Part shown: positions 18,642-27,691 of the stretch, in pieces
Layout: the number at the start of each line of letters is the position of its first letter
How positions within the stretch are numbered: the stretch's first letter is position 1
NCBI GenBank assembly: GCA_963813535.1
Contig: CAWEZH010000003.1
Location: forward strand, 160,001 to 224,000
Length of the DNA: 64,000 bases
Direction of reading: 5' to 3'
Source: an uncultured Chloroflexia bacterium
GTDB lineage: Bacteria > Chloroflexota > Limnocylindria > Limnocylindrales > CSP1-4
Notes under the pieces: model-generated
Database searches by the model: none
What the model saw: only the letters and a program-made list of their open reading frames with translations
What the model was told of the DNA's origin: nothing
Position numbers and translations under genes: made by a program

Positions 18642-18694
18642 GACCTGCATCATCGCCGACGGCGGGTCTCCCGCGCGTGGGTATGCTGGACATC

Positions 18695-19618
18695 GTGACC
18701 GAGCGGACCATCGTGATCGTCGGCTCCCCGACTGCCCTCGGCGGACACTTCGCGGGGATGGAGCGCAGTCCAGCGCTGCTGCGCGACGTCGGCGTGCGCG
18801 ACCGCCTCGCCGCCCGTCCCGGCCTGACCGGGACGACCTGGCTCGATCATGGCGATGCCGCCAACGATCCGGGCTGGGTCGCGGATCCCGACCGGCGTGC
18901 GAAGAACCGTGACCTGATCGCCGCCTATCTCGGTCGGCTCGCGAGCCACGTGCAGACGGGTCTCGTACAGGGCGACGGCGGCGCGATGCTGCTCACGCTG
19001 GGCGGCGACTGCACCACTCACGCCGGAGCGATGGCCGGCATCCGCCGCGCTCGACCCGGGATCCGGCTCGGGCTCGCGTGGTTCGACGCGCATGGCGACT
19101 TCAACACACCGGACACGACACCGTCGGGGAACGTCTGGGGCATGCCGTTCGCGCTCGCCTGCGGGCGTGGTGACGAGAAGCTCGTCGCCGCTGCGGAGGG
19201 TCCGAGCGTCCGCGAGATCGATGCCGGTCTGTTCGGCGGTCAGGTGCTCGACGAGACGGAGTCGCGCATGATCGCCGCCAGCGGCGTGGCGCAATTCGGC
19301 TCGGGGATGCTGGCGGACCCGGCCGGTCAGGCGGCCGTCGCGGCCTGGAGCGGGTCCGTCTCGGCCCGCGTCGATGCCTGGTACATCGCGTTCGACCTGG
19401 ACGCGCTCGACGCGTCGGGACGATGGGCGATCGCCACTCCGGAGCCGGACGGTCTGTCGCTCGAGACCGCGGTCGCGACCGTCCGGGCGATCGCCACGAG
19501 CGGTGCGCCGGTCATCGGCTTCGGCGCGACGGCGGTGATGGAGCGCGACGGTGCCGACCTGCACGGAACGGTCGATGCCATCGCGGCGCTGACAGAAGCG
19601 GCCCTCGCCGAGCCATAG
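18695..19618 (+). CDS. Arginase/ureohydrolase-family protein with atypical active site
   Basis: GGDC, WFDAHGDFNTP, FDLDALD; start GTG 18695 lies 7 nt after TATGCT. Confidence 0.85.
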   Translation: MTERTIVIVGSPTALGGHFAGMERSPALLRDVGVRDRLAARPGLTGTTWLDHGDAANDPGWVADPDRRAKNRDLIAAYLGRLASHVQTGLVQGDGGAMLLTLGGDCTTHAGAMAGIRRARPGIRLGLAWFDAHGDFNTPDTTPSGNVWGMPFALACGRGDEKLVAAAEGPSVREIDAGLFGGQVLDETESRMIAASGVAQFGSGMLADPAGQAAVAAWSGSVSARVDAWYIAFDLDALDASGRWAIATPEPDGLSLETAVATVRAIATSGAPVIGFGATAVMERDGADLHGTVDAIAALTEAALAEP

Positions 19619-19630
19619 GCTCGTGTGGGC

Positions 19631-20341
19631 TCAGTCGAGGCGGACGAAGCCCGCGGCGATATCCCGGAAGGTGGCCTCGTCGATGCCGGTCGCGACCGCC
19701 AGCCAGCTCGGCGTCTCGGCGCGACCAACGACGATCGCGTAGCCCCCGTCATCGAGCGTGATGAGCGTCCCCGGCTGGTCGCCGAACGACGCCGTGCCAG
19801 CGTCGGTCCCGGGTGGCACGCACCCGTCCGAGGTCTCGCAGAAGGCCCCTTGCTGCAGCGACAGGGTCGCCCCGGACGGTCCCTTGTACGAGATCGAGAG
19901 CTGCCCGACCCCGCGAACGCTGTACTTGCCGGTCGACACGACCCAGCGCGCCGGCAGGACCGGGCAGTACACCGGCCAGTCGAGATCGCCTGCCGCATCC
20001 GCGTAGAACGCCTTGTTGTCGTCAGTTGCCTGCGCAGGCTTCGACAGCCACCTCAGGAGGCACGTGACGACGGCGCCGCAGCTCGGGGACCCGCTCGCCG
20101 AGGCGGATGGGGATGCGATATCGCTCGAGGGCGATGGCTGCAGGGACGGAGCACTCGGCGCGGTCGAAGCGGACGGCGCAGAGGACGTCACGGCGGCTGG
20201 TGTGGCGGTCCCAGCATCGTCGGCGTTGTTGCCGATACAGCCACCGGCGATGGCGGCACACACGACGATCAGGAGGAGCGATGGGGACCGGGGCAGCGCC
20301 GCGACGGCACGGCCCGGATGGGCCGGTCGGGGACGGGTCAC
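19631..20341 (-). CDS. Hypothetical lipoprotein
   Basis: Signal ending IAGGC, Ser/Ala/Pro linker, Cys-containing globular domain (WPVYCPVLP, GAFCETSDGC); own TACCCT -10 box 7 nt before GTG 20341. Confidence 0.7.
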   Translation of the reverse strand: MTRPRPAHPGRAVAALPRSPSLLLIVVCAAIAGGCIGNNADDAGTATPAAVTSSAPSASTAPSAPSLQPSPSSDIASPSASASGSPSCGAVVTCLLRWLSKPAQATDDNKAFYADAAGDLDWPVYCPVLPARWVVSTGKYSVRGVGQLSISYKGPSGATLSLQQGAFCETSDGCVPPGTDAGTASFGDQPGTLITLDDGGYAIVVGRAETPSWLAVATGIDEATFRDIAAGFVRLD

Positions 20342-20929
20342 GCGGTCGAGGGTAGCACGGGAGGCCGTGACGGCCCCGCGGCGACCTCCAGGCGATGGGC
20401 CGCCGCCGGCGCGACGAGATCGTCCGGGGAGATCGGCCGGCGTCCGGCGATGCGCCCGGGCATGCATGAACGGTCCGGCATGGGTGACCACCACGGTCGG
20501 CCGCCCATCGGTGACAAGGGCGGCCCAGGCGGAGGCCACCCGGTCGGCCAGTGCGGCGTGGGTCTCGCCCGCTGGCCAGTCGATGGCCAGCTCACCGGCC
20601 GCCAGGGCCGCGGCCAGGTCCGGGGCGATAGCGGTCAGCTCGTCGAACGTTCGTCCTTCGGCGATGCCGAGGTCGGCCTCGCGCCAGCGGTCATCGATCG
20701 CGGCGGTCGAGAGCCCGGCCGCTTCGACGATCGCCGCTGCCGTCATGGTCGCCCGTCTCGACGGGCTGGACACGACCCGGGTGCCGGGCGGAAGGTCGCC
20801 CGCCAGCGACTCGGCGAGCCGCAGGGCCTCGTCTACCCCGATGCTGGACAGCGGTGGGTCACTTCGCCCGCAATACCGCACACCGGACCACGCCGTCGAA
20901 GCGTGCCTCACCAGGACGATCGTGACCAC
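20338..20929 (-). CDS. cobC: Histidine phosphatase, CobC-like alpha-ribazole phosphatase; +1 frameshift near 20452
   Basis: LVRHA, RWREADLG, VVVTHAG. Removing one base joins it to ...IAGRRPISPDDLVAP...STA* ending at 20338. Last gene of the cob operon. Confidence 0.72.
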
Positions 20930-20930
20930 G

Positions 20931-22055
20931 TCAGCGGACCTGTCGTGCTGGATCGGCCGTTCCCGTGACACCGGCGGCATCGAACGTCGCCATCCCATCG
21001 CGGATGGCGACGGCGGCATCGACGAGGCCCATCGCCAGGGCCGCTCCGCTGCCCTCGCCGAGCCGCAGGTCGAGCTCGAGCAGTGGATGCAGCCCCAGCC
21101 GCTCCAGCACGACCGCATGGCCCGGTTCGGTGCTCCGATGCGCCGCGATCAGACGGGTCTCGAGCCCGGGAGCGAGGCCGGCCGCGAGGAGTGCCGCGGC
21201 ACCCGTGATGAAGCCATCGAGGATGACCGGCACGCGTTGACCGGCGGCCTCGAGCATCGCACCGACCAGGACACCGATCTCGAAGCCCCCGACGGCCGCG
21301 AGCACGCCGATCGGGTCGCCCGGATCGGGCCGGTTCCGATCGAGTGCCAGCGCGACAGTCTCGACCTTGTGAGCGTGGGTGGCGTCGTCGATGCCGGTGC
21401 CGCGGCCGGTCACCCGCTCCGGAGGCAGGCCGGTCATCGCCGCCGTCAGCGCGCTCGCCGCGGTCGTGTTGCCGATGCCCATCTCGCCGACGCCGAGCAT
21501 CTCGACGCCATCCTCGATCAGACCGTGCGCGACGTCGAGTCCGAGCGCGATCGCGCCGAGCGCCTCGCCTCGAGACATCGCCGGTCCGGCCGTCATGTCG
21601 TCCGTCCCGGCGCGGATCGGGGCTCGGATGAGGCTGGCGTGCGGGCCGGTGCCGGTCGGCGGTGTCGCGTCGGGGATCGCGCCGGCGACCCCCGCGTCGA
21701 CGACGGAGACCGTCGCGCCCACCGAACCTGCCAGGACGTTGATCGCGGCGCCACCGCCCAGGAAGTTGGCGACCATCTGCGCCGTCACCTCGGCCGGGTA
21801 TGCCGACACGCCCTGGCGGACGACGCCGTGGTCAGCCGCCGCGACGACGATCGCCCTGCGACCGTAGGTGGCGGACGGATCGCCCGTGATGCCGGCGAGC
21901 TGGATGGCGAGCCACTCGAGGCGCCCGAGGCTCCCGGGCGGCTTCGTCAGGGCGTCGAGGCGGGCGGTCGACCCGGCGACCGCGTCGGCGTCGAGCGGGC
22001 CGAGCGACCGGACCCGGTCGACGGCCTGCTGCACGGCGGTCGCATGGCCGGTCAT
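20931..22055 (-). CDS. cobT: Nicotinate-nucleotide--dimethylbenzimidazole phosphoribosyltransferase
   Basis: LTKPPGSLGRLE, AADHGV, GEMGIGNTT, LRLGEGSGA. Confidence 0.96.
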   Translation of the reverse strand: MTGHATAVQQAVDRVRSLGPLDADAVAGSTARLDALTKPPGSLGRLEWLAIQLAGITGDPSATYGRRAIVVAAADHGVVRQGVSAYPAEVTAQMVANFLGGGAAINVLAGSVGATVSVVDAGVAGAIPDATPPTGTGPHASLIRAPIRAGTDDMTAGPAMSRGEALGAIALGLDVAHGLIEDGVEMLGVGEMGIGNTTAASALTAAMTGLPPERVTGRGTGIDDATHAHKVETVALALDRNRPDPGDPIGVLAAVGGFEIGVLVGAMLEAAGQRVPVILDGFITGAAALLAAGLAPGLETRLIAAHRSTEPGHAVVLERLGLHPLLELDLRLGEGSGAALAMGLVDAAVAIRDGMATFDAAGVTGTADPARQVR

Positions 22056-22594
22056 CGCTTCCCGTCCTTCAGTGTCACCGGCAGGCCCGCCACGAACAGG
22101 TATGCCTCGTCGGCCAGTGCCGCGAGTCGTTGATGGGCGATGCCGACGAGATCGCGGTATGCGCGAGCGTTCGGATGCATCGGCACGATGCCGAGACCGA
22201 CCTCGTCACTGACGACGATCGCCGGTCCCGGGCGCGCTTCGATCGCCGCGTACGCCGTGGCGACCGGTCCGTCGAGGATCGGGTCGATCGGTGGCGCGCC
22301 ATCGCCCAGCAACGTGCTGAGCCACAGCGTCAGCCCGTCGATGAGGATGGGCTCGGACGGCTCCGTGGCCGCGATGGCTGCGGCCAGATCGGCCCCGACG
22401 TCGATGGTCGGCCAGTCGGCCGGTCGTTCGGCACGGTGGCGCCGGATCCGGTCGTCGAGTTCCTCGTCGCCCGACCAGGCAGTGCCGAGGAACCACGCCC
22501 GACCGCCGTCGGCGAGTCGCCGCGTCGTGGCGAGGCCGAACCGGCTCTTGCCGCTCCGTGTGCCGCCGAGCGCGAGGATCAGGGGGGACGCCAT
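22052..22594 (-). CDS. cobU: Adenosylcobinamide kinase/adenosylcobinamide-phosphate guanylyltransferase
   Basis: GGTRSGKS, RIRRHRAERP, SDEVGLGIVP, VAGLP. Confidence 0.95.
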   Translation of the reverse strand: MASPLILALGGTRSGKSRFGLATTRRLADGGRAWFLGTAWSGDEELDDRIRRHRAERPADWPTIDVGADLAAAIAATEPSEPILIDGLTLWLSTLLGDGAPPIDPILDGPVATAYAAIEARPGPAIVVSDEVGLGIVPMHPNARAYRDLVGIAHQRLAALADEAYLFVAGLPVTLKDGKR

Positions 22595-22600
22595 CCTCGG

Positions 22601-23344
22601 TCAGGCTGCCACGACGGCGGCTGCGAGCAGCCCGGCCACCGCCGAGAGTTCCACGATCGCGCCCATCCCGTCGCCGTCGAGGCCACCCCGTCGCCCGACG
22701 ATGACGGCTGCGACGGCCAGGCCGAGGCCACCCGCACCGAGGCCGGCGACACCGACGATCCAGCCTGATGTGCTGGCCAGCCACGCCGCGGCGACCACGA
22801 CGAGCGCAGCCGTACCCGCGGAAACCACGACGGCGGCGATGGTCACGCGGTCCGCGAACCACGATCCGAGTCCTTCATCAGCGGTGGCGCGCGTTGCTCG
22901 CGCGGCGATGACCGGCACCACTCGGGATGTCGCTGCCACGGCGATGAGCGCAAGACCGCCCGTGACGGCGCCGCTCGAGCCGATAAGGCTGGTCAGCGCG
23001 GCGACCTCGGCCGCGATGACCAGGACGAGGGTGACCACCCCGGCGGACCCTAGGGCCGGGTCCTTCCTCGCCCGCTCGGCGGTCGTCGGGTCGGGGGCCG
23101 CAAGGGCATCGGCCGTGTCGGCCAACCCGTCCAGGTGCATCGCCCCGGTGACCAGCGCCATCGCCGCAACCGCTCCGATCGCCGCGAGCATCGGTTCCCC
23201 GAGCCACCGCCCGAGGAGCATCAGCGGCACAGCGCCGACCAACCCGACGATCGCGCCGACCAGGCCGAACGCCGCCGCCCCTGGTCCGTCCGTGGTCACC
23301 ACGCCGACCGGAAAACGGGTCAGGAGGGTCACAGCCCCGCGCAT
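22601..23344 (-). CDS. cobS: Adenosylcobinamide-GDP ribazoletransferase (cobalamin synthase)
   Basis: LLTRFP, TGAMHLDGLADTAD, KDPALGSAG, GGLDGDGMGA; membrane protein. Confidence 0.93.
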   Translation of the reverse strand: MRGAVTLLTRFPVGVVTTDGPGAAAFGLVGAIVGLVGAVPLMLLGRWLGEPMLAAIGAVAAMALVTGAMHLDGLADTADALAAPDPTTAERARKDPALGSAGVVTLVLVIAAEVAALTSLIGSSGAVTGGLALIAVAATSRVVPVIAARATRATADEGLGSWFADRVTIAAVVVSAGTAALVVVAAAWLASTSGWIVGVAGLGAGGLGLAVAAVIVGRRGGLDGDGMGAIVELSAVAGLLAAAVVAA

Positions 23345-23354
23345 GGTCGACACG

Positions 23355-24122
23355 TCACGCCGCTCCGACCGGCAGCCGAACGAGCATCGGATCGACGCCG
23401 AAGACGCTGCGGATCCGCTCCGCATCCAGCGTCGCCGCGGGCGTGCCGTCGGCCACGATCCGCGCATCGGCCAGGACCACGATCCGTGGGAAGAAGTGGG
23501 CGGCCAGCGCGAGGTCGTGGAGCACCGCGAGGATCGTCGTGCCGTCGCGCCGGTTCAACTCGAGCAGGAGTTCCATGACCTCGACCTGATGGCGGATGTC
23601 GAGGTGCGCCGTCGGCTCATCGAGGACCAGGATCGGCGCCGACTGGGCGACGGCAACGGCGATGAACACCAGCTGCCGCTCACCCATCGACAGCTCGCGC
23701 ACGTCGCGCTTGCGCAGGTGGCTGATGCCGACGCGGTCGATCGCCCCGTCGACTGCCGCGATGTCGCCCGGGCGGAGACCGGTCATCGGGGGCTCATGCG
23801 GCAGGCGCCCGAGCGCCACGACCTCGTCGACCGGCATCGCGAACGGCAGGTCGGCGACCTCGGGCACGACCGCGATGGTCCGGGCAAGGGTCTTCCGATC
23901 GACGCGCTCGATGGGGCCGCCGAGCAGGTCGACCGACCCCGCTCGGGGCGTCAGCACGCCGGTGAGGGCGCGGAGGAGCGACGACTTCCCGGCACCGTTC
24001 GGTCCGACGAGGGCGACGCGCTCTCCGGTAGCCACGGACAGGTTCGCCGCGTCGACGACCGTCCGTTCGCCGTACCCGATGGTGAGCCCACGCGCATCGA
24101 TGACCGGCGATGCGCCGCTCAT
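23355..24122 (-). CDS. btuD: Cobalamin/iron-chelate ABC transporter ATPase
   Basis: GPNGAGKS, LSMGERQ, LDEPTAHLD, VLHDL; lies in the riboswitch-led operon. Confidence 0.85.
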   Translation of the reverse strand: MSGASPVIDARGLTIGYGERTVVDAANLSVATGERVALVGPNGAGKSSLLRALTGVLTPRAGSVDLLGGPIERVDRKTLARTIAVVPEVADLPFAMPVDEVVALGRLPHEPPMTGLRPGDIAAVDGAIDRVGISHLRKRDVRELSMGERQLVFIAVAVAQSAPILVLDEPTAHLDIRHQVEVMELLLELNRRDGTTILAVLHDLALAAHFFPRIVVLADARIVADGTPAATLDAERIRSVFGVDPMLVRLPVGAA

Positions 24123-25195
24123 AGCTCGTAACCCGATCGCGAACGGCTCAAGAGGAACAGGAAGAAGGGCGCGCCGAGCAACGCCATCACCACGCCGACC
24201 GGCACATCGCCGGCCATGCGCGCGACGAGGTCGGCAGCCGACAGCAGTGCCGCCCCGCAGACCGCGGAGATCGGCAGCACGCGGTGCGCGGCGGGTCCGA
24301 CGAGCAGCCGAACGACGTGCGGCACGACGAGTCCGACGAACCCGATGAGGCCGCTGATCGCGACGGCGGCGGCGGTCGCCATCGACGCCAGGGCGAGCAG
24401 GATGGTGCGCTCGTGGGCGACGTCGATGCCCAGATGGCGCGCCGCAGCGTCGCCCAGGAGCATGCCGTCCAGCGACCGGCCCCGCGCCATGATCAGGAGC
24501 GAGGAGCCGATGATCAGAGGCGCTGCGGCAAGCAACCGGACCCACGATGCGCCGCCCAGGCCGCCGAGCAGGAACGAGAAGATCTGGCGGAGCTCGGCGC
24601 CGGAGACATACATCGCCATCGTGAGGACCGCCGCCAGCACGGAGCCCACCGCGTAGCCGGTCAGCAGCAGGCGGGTGAGCCCGCCCGCCCCACCGGTCCC
24701 ACCGAGCCGGAACACCAGCCAGGCCGAGCCGAGGGCGCCGATGAACGCGAGGCCGTGCAGCAGCCCGAACTCGATGAGCACGAGCTGGATCGGCAACAGC
24801 ACGGCGATCGCCGCGCCGACCGCAGCGCCGCTTGCAGTCCCGAGCACGTACGGGTCGGCGAGCGGGTTTCGAAGCAGTCCCTGGAACGTCGCGCCGGCCA
24901 CCGCCAGACCGCAGCCGATGAGCATCGCGGTCAGGACCCGTGGCAGCCGCAGCTCCCAGACGATCGCCTCCGTGGCCGCCGTCCAGGTGACGCCGATATC
25001 GACACCAAGCGTGCGCGACAGGATCACCCCGACGGTCTCCATCGGGCCGATACGTACCGAGCCGAGTCCGACGCCGAGGATGAGCGTGATGAGCAGGACG
25101 CCGCACGCGGCCAGGCCGACGACGAGCGGCCGGGCGCGGACCCACGCGGCGACACCCCCGGATCCAAGGTCGCGTGGGAGCGCGCCGGCCGCCAT
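24119..25195 (-). CDS. btuC: Cobalamin ABC transporter permease (FecCD family)
   Basis: LRLPRV, FQGLLRNPLADPYVLGTASGA, IGFVGLVVPH, GAPFFL. Confidence 0.88.
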   Translation of the reverse strand: MAAGALPRDLGSGGVAAWVRARPLVVGLAACGVLLITLILGVGLGSVRIGPMETVGVILSRTLGVDIGVTWTAATEAIVWELRLPRVLTAMLIGCGLAVAGATFQGLLRNPLADPYVLGTASGAAVGAAIAVLLPIQLVLIEFGLLHGLAFIGALGSAWLVFRLGGTGGAGGLTRLLLTGYAVGSVLAAVLTMAMYVSGAELRQIFSFLLGGLGGASWVRLLAAAPLIIGSSLLIMARGRSLDGMLLGDAAARHLGIDVAHERTILLALASMATAAAVAISGLIGFVGLVVPHVVRLLVGPAAHRVLPISAVCGAALLSAADLVARMAGDVPVGVVMALLGAPFFLFLLSRSRSGYEL

Positions 25196-25200
25196 GGTCG

Positions 25201-26214
25201 CTAGGACGCCGCCGGCAGCGTGACGTCGGGCCAGATCGCCGTCGTGAGGTTTCGCAGCCCGAGTGGCAGGCGCGGCCCCGGCCGGGTGATCTCGATATCC
25301 CGGACCGGTCGGACGTCGCCGTTCCGGACCGCCGTCAGCGCGTCCCAGCCGGGCCGCTCGGCGACGGACTCCGGCGTCGGCGAGTAGAACGGGTTGGTTC
25401 CGAGGACGATGAGCTCGGGATCCCGCTCGATGAGCTTCTCGAGGGAGATCTCGTACGTGTTCGGGTCCCCGGTGGTGATCGTGTCGGCACCGGCCATGGT
25501 CACCATCTCGGCGACGAACGAATCGTCCGCTGGTGCGTAGATGGCGCCGGTCGTCGCGTCGTAGCCCACCTCGTACAGGACACGCGGCTTGGGCGACTGG
25601 CTGGAGACCGCCGAGCTGATGGACTCGATCTCGGCCTTCATGTCGGCGCTCAGCGTCGCGGCCGAGTCGCTCGTGCCGGTCGCGCTGCCGATGAGCTCGA
25701 TGTCGTGATAGACACCCTCGACCGACGGCGCATACAGGACGACGACCGGCACGTCCAGGTCACGCAGGCGCGTGATGGCGTCGGCAGGCGTGAAACCGAG
25801 GCCGCCGGCAAGGACGAGGTCGGGTTCGAGCGCGACGACCTTCTCGACGTCCACGCTCGAGAACGTGGCGACATCGGGCAGGGCGACCGCCGCCTCCGGG
25901 AAGTCGCTGCCGTCATCGGTTGCGACGACACGCTCCCCGGCCCCGAGCGAGAACAGGATCTCCGTGTTCGCGGGCGTGAGGGACACGATCGTCTCGGGCT
26001 CGGCCGCGATATCGACGGCGGTGCCTTCGTCGTCGGTCACCGTGACGGGGAAGGCGGCGGGCGTCGGACTCGGCGCCGCGCTCGCGCTCGCGGTCGGAGG
26101 TGCCGTGGAGGGGGCAGCCGACGGCGACGCGCCAGCCGATGTGCAGGCGCTGACGATGGCGGCAAGGAACGTCAGGGTCAGGACGACGCCGCGGCGTCGA
26201 TCGGGAAGGGGCAT
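25201..26214 (-). CDS. btuF: Cobalamin ABC substrate-binding lipoprotein
   Basis: Lipobox VSAC, FPVTVTDDEG, IVSLTPANTEILFSLG, RPGPR; directly downstream of the cobalamin riboswitch. Confidence 0.88.
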   Translation of the reverse strand: MPLPDRRRGVVLTLTFLAAIVSACTSAGASPSAAPSTAPPTASASAAPSPTPAAFPVTVTDDEGTAVDIAAEPETIVSLTPANTEILFSLGAGERVVATDDGSDFPEAAVALPDVATFSSVDVEKVVALEPDLVLAGGLGFTPADAITRLRDLDVPVVVLYAPSVEGVYHDIELIGSATGTSDSAATLSADMKAEIESISSAVSSQSPKPRVLYEVGYDATTGAIYAPADDSFVAEMVTMAGADTITTGDPNTYEISLEKLIERDPELIVLGTNPFYSPTPESVAERPGWDALTAVRNGDVRPVRDIEITRPGPRLPLGLRNLTTAIWPDVTLPAAS

Positions 26215-26270
26215 CGAACGGGACTCCGGTAGCGGGATGGCCGGCCGGAGGGGTCGCGTGGGACACGCAC

Positions 26271-26302
26271 GACCCCTCGCTTCGAACGTCGAAGGAGGGG
26301 TC
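26271..26302 (-). promoter_or_regulatory. Hairpin in the riboswitch expression platform
   Basis: Inverted repeat GACCCCTC...GAGGGGTC between aptamer and btuF start; no U-tract. Confidence 0.5.
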
Positions 26303-26356
26303 AGGTGATGCGCTGCACGGAGCCTGCCTACCTTTCTCTCGAAGGTTCGAGCATGC

Positions 26357-26447
26357 ACCGCAGGGTCGGCGACCGGACTTCCGCCCGAGGGCGGTTCACC
26401 GTAGCGGGACTGTGCCGGATTCGCACCGGCTTCGCGACCACGCGGCG
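26357..26447 (-). ncRNA. Cobalamin riboswitch (compact)
   Basis: Minus strand reads GAAGCCGGTGCGAATCCGGCACAGTCCCGCTACGGTGA...GAAGTCCGGTCGCCGACC, the B12-element core, upstream of btuFCD-cobSUTC. Confidence 0.9.
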
Positions 26448-26581
26448 TTGACGAGACGTCGCCGGCGAGCGTAGCACACCGTCCGCATGGCCCAGATACG
26501 TGGCAGTGAAGCGGGTCTCCGTAGGATGCCGACCTCGCCTTTCCCGCCGGCGAACAGCCCGCCGGTGGGAGGCCACGCAGC

Positions 26582-27691
26582 ATGGAGACGAGATGGATCC
26601 ATCGAGCCGGTCCGGGCGTCGCGGTGATCGGCGCGCTGGCCGTCATCGCTTCGACCACGGCTGGTGCGCCATCGCCGATCTGGGACCCACCGGACTGCCC
26701 GGGTCCGGCGGCGGTCGGCACAGCGCCCATCGGCGCGTGGTTCCGGCTCGACCCGGTGATCGTGGACGGTGCCTTCTCCGGGCAGCGCATGACGCTGGGG
26801 CACGCGGACATGTCCGGGCCATGGCAGCTGGAGCTCGACGCCGAGTCGTTCGCCTCCGGGCCGGTCGGCGGCACGGTCCTCGTCGGGACGGACGCCGGAC
26901 GAGCCTCGGAGCTGTCACTCATCGACCTCGCCGGTGGCTGCCGCTGGCCGCTGGCCGCGGCGCGGGACATCATCCGGAACGCGATCGTCAGCCCGGACGG
27001 ACGATCGATCGTCGAGAGCCGAGTCGACCGGAGGTCGAGGGCCGATCTCGGCATCTGGCGACGTCCGTTGGCAGGTGGACCGGCGACCCGGCTCCTGCCG
27101 CCCATCGCCGCCGACGATCGGTTCGGGCCGACCTGGCGCACGGAGCTCGAATGGGCCGCGGACGGCGACACGCTCGTGGTCGGATCCTGCGGTGAGGCCG
27201 CGTGTCGGTACCGGCTGTTGCCCGCGTCCGGCGATGTCGTGACGACCATCGCGGATCCGACGCTCGGGACATCGGTCGGGCTGGCGGCGGGACACCTCGT
27301 GACGTATGCGGCCTGTCGGGGGATGCCCTGCCCATTGGTCTCGGTGGACATCGCCGACCGAACGCGCACCACGATCCATGACGCGGCCGGGCTCGCGGTG
27401 CTCAGCCGCGACGAGCACATGCGCAACGTCATCGTCCACGAGATCGGCGCGGACGGCGGGCCGCTTCGGTCGGTCGGGCCCGATGGTGGTGATGGACGGC
27501 TCCTGCCGAGCGCACCGCGAGGCCTCCGGCTCGTCGGCGATCTCGCGTGGGCCGGTGGCGCTGCCGAGCATCCGGGTGACCGGCTGATCTTCGGTCCCGA
27601 TGGGCGCCTGCCCGTGGATGGGACCCGACACGCCCTCCTCCGTGCCCCTTCGGACGAAGAGACCGTTCCCCTTGGCGAGGTGCTGCGATGA
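26582..27691 (+). CDS. Secreted hypothetical protein, probable beta-propeller (TolB-like repeats)
   Basis: Signal peptide; IVSPDGRSI and EWAADGDTLVV blade-like motifs; paired Cys (SCGEAAC, ACRGMPC); GGAGG RBS. Confidence 0.65.
   Translation: METRWIHRAGPGVAVIGALAVIASTTAGAPSPIWDPPDCPGPAAVGTAPIGAWFRLDPVIVDGAFSGQRMTLGHADMSGPWQLELDAESFASGPVGGTVLVGTDAGRASELSLIDLAGGCRWPLAAARDIIRNAIVSPDGRSIVESRVDRRSRADLGIWRRPLAGGPATRLLPPIAADDRFGPTWRTELEWAADGDTLVVGSCGEAACRYRLLPASGDVVTTIADPTLGTSVGLAAGHLVTYAACRGMPCPLVSVDIADRTRTTIHDAAGLAVLSRDEHMRNVIVHEIGADGGPLRSVGPDGGDGRLLPSAPRGLRLVGDLAWAGGAAEHPGDRLIFGPDGRLPVDGTRHALLRAPSDEETVPLGEVLR

Noticed and set aside
19631-21118. Apparent fusion of a histidine phosphatase to a lipoprotein (495-aa ORF)
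   Set aside because: One extra base near 20452 explains it. The phosphatase's natural end lies in another frame with a GTGA overlap, and the lipoprotein has its own -10 box and signal peptide.
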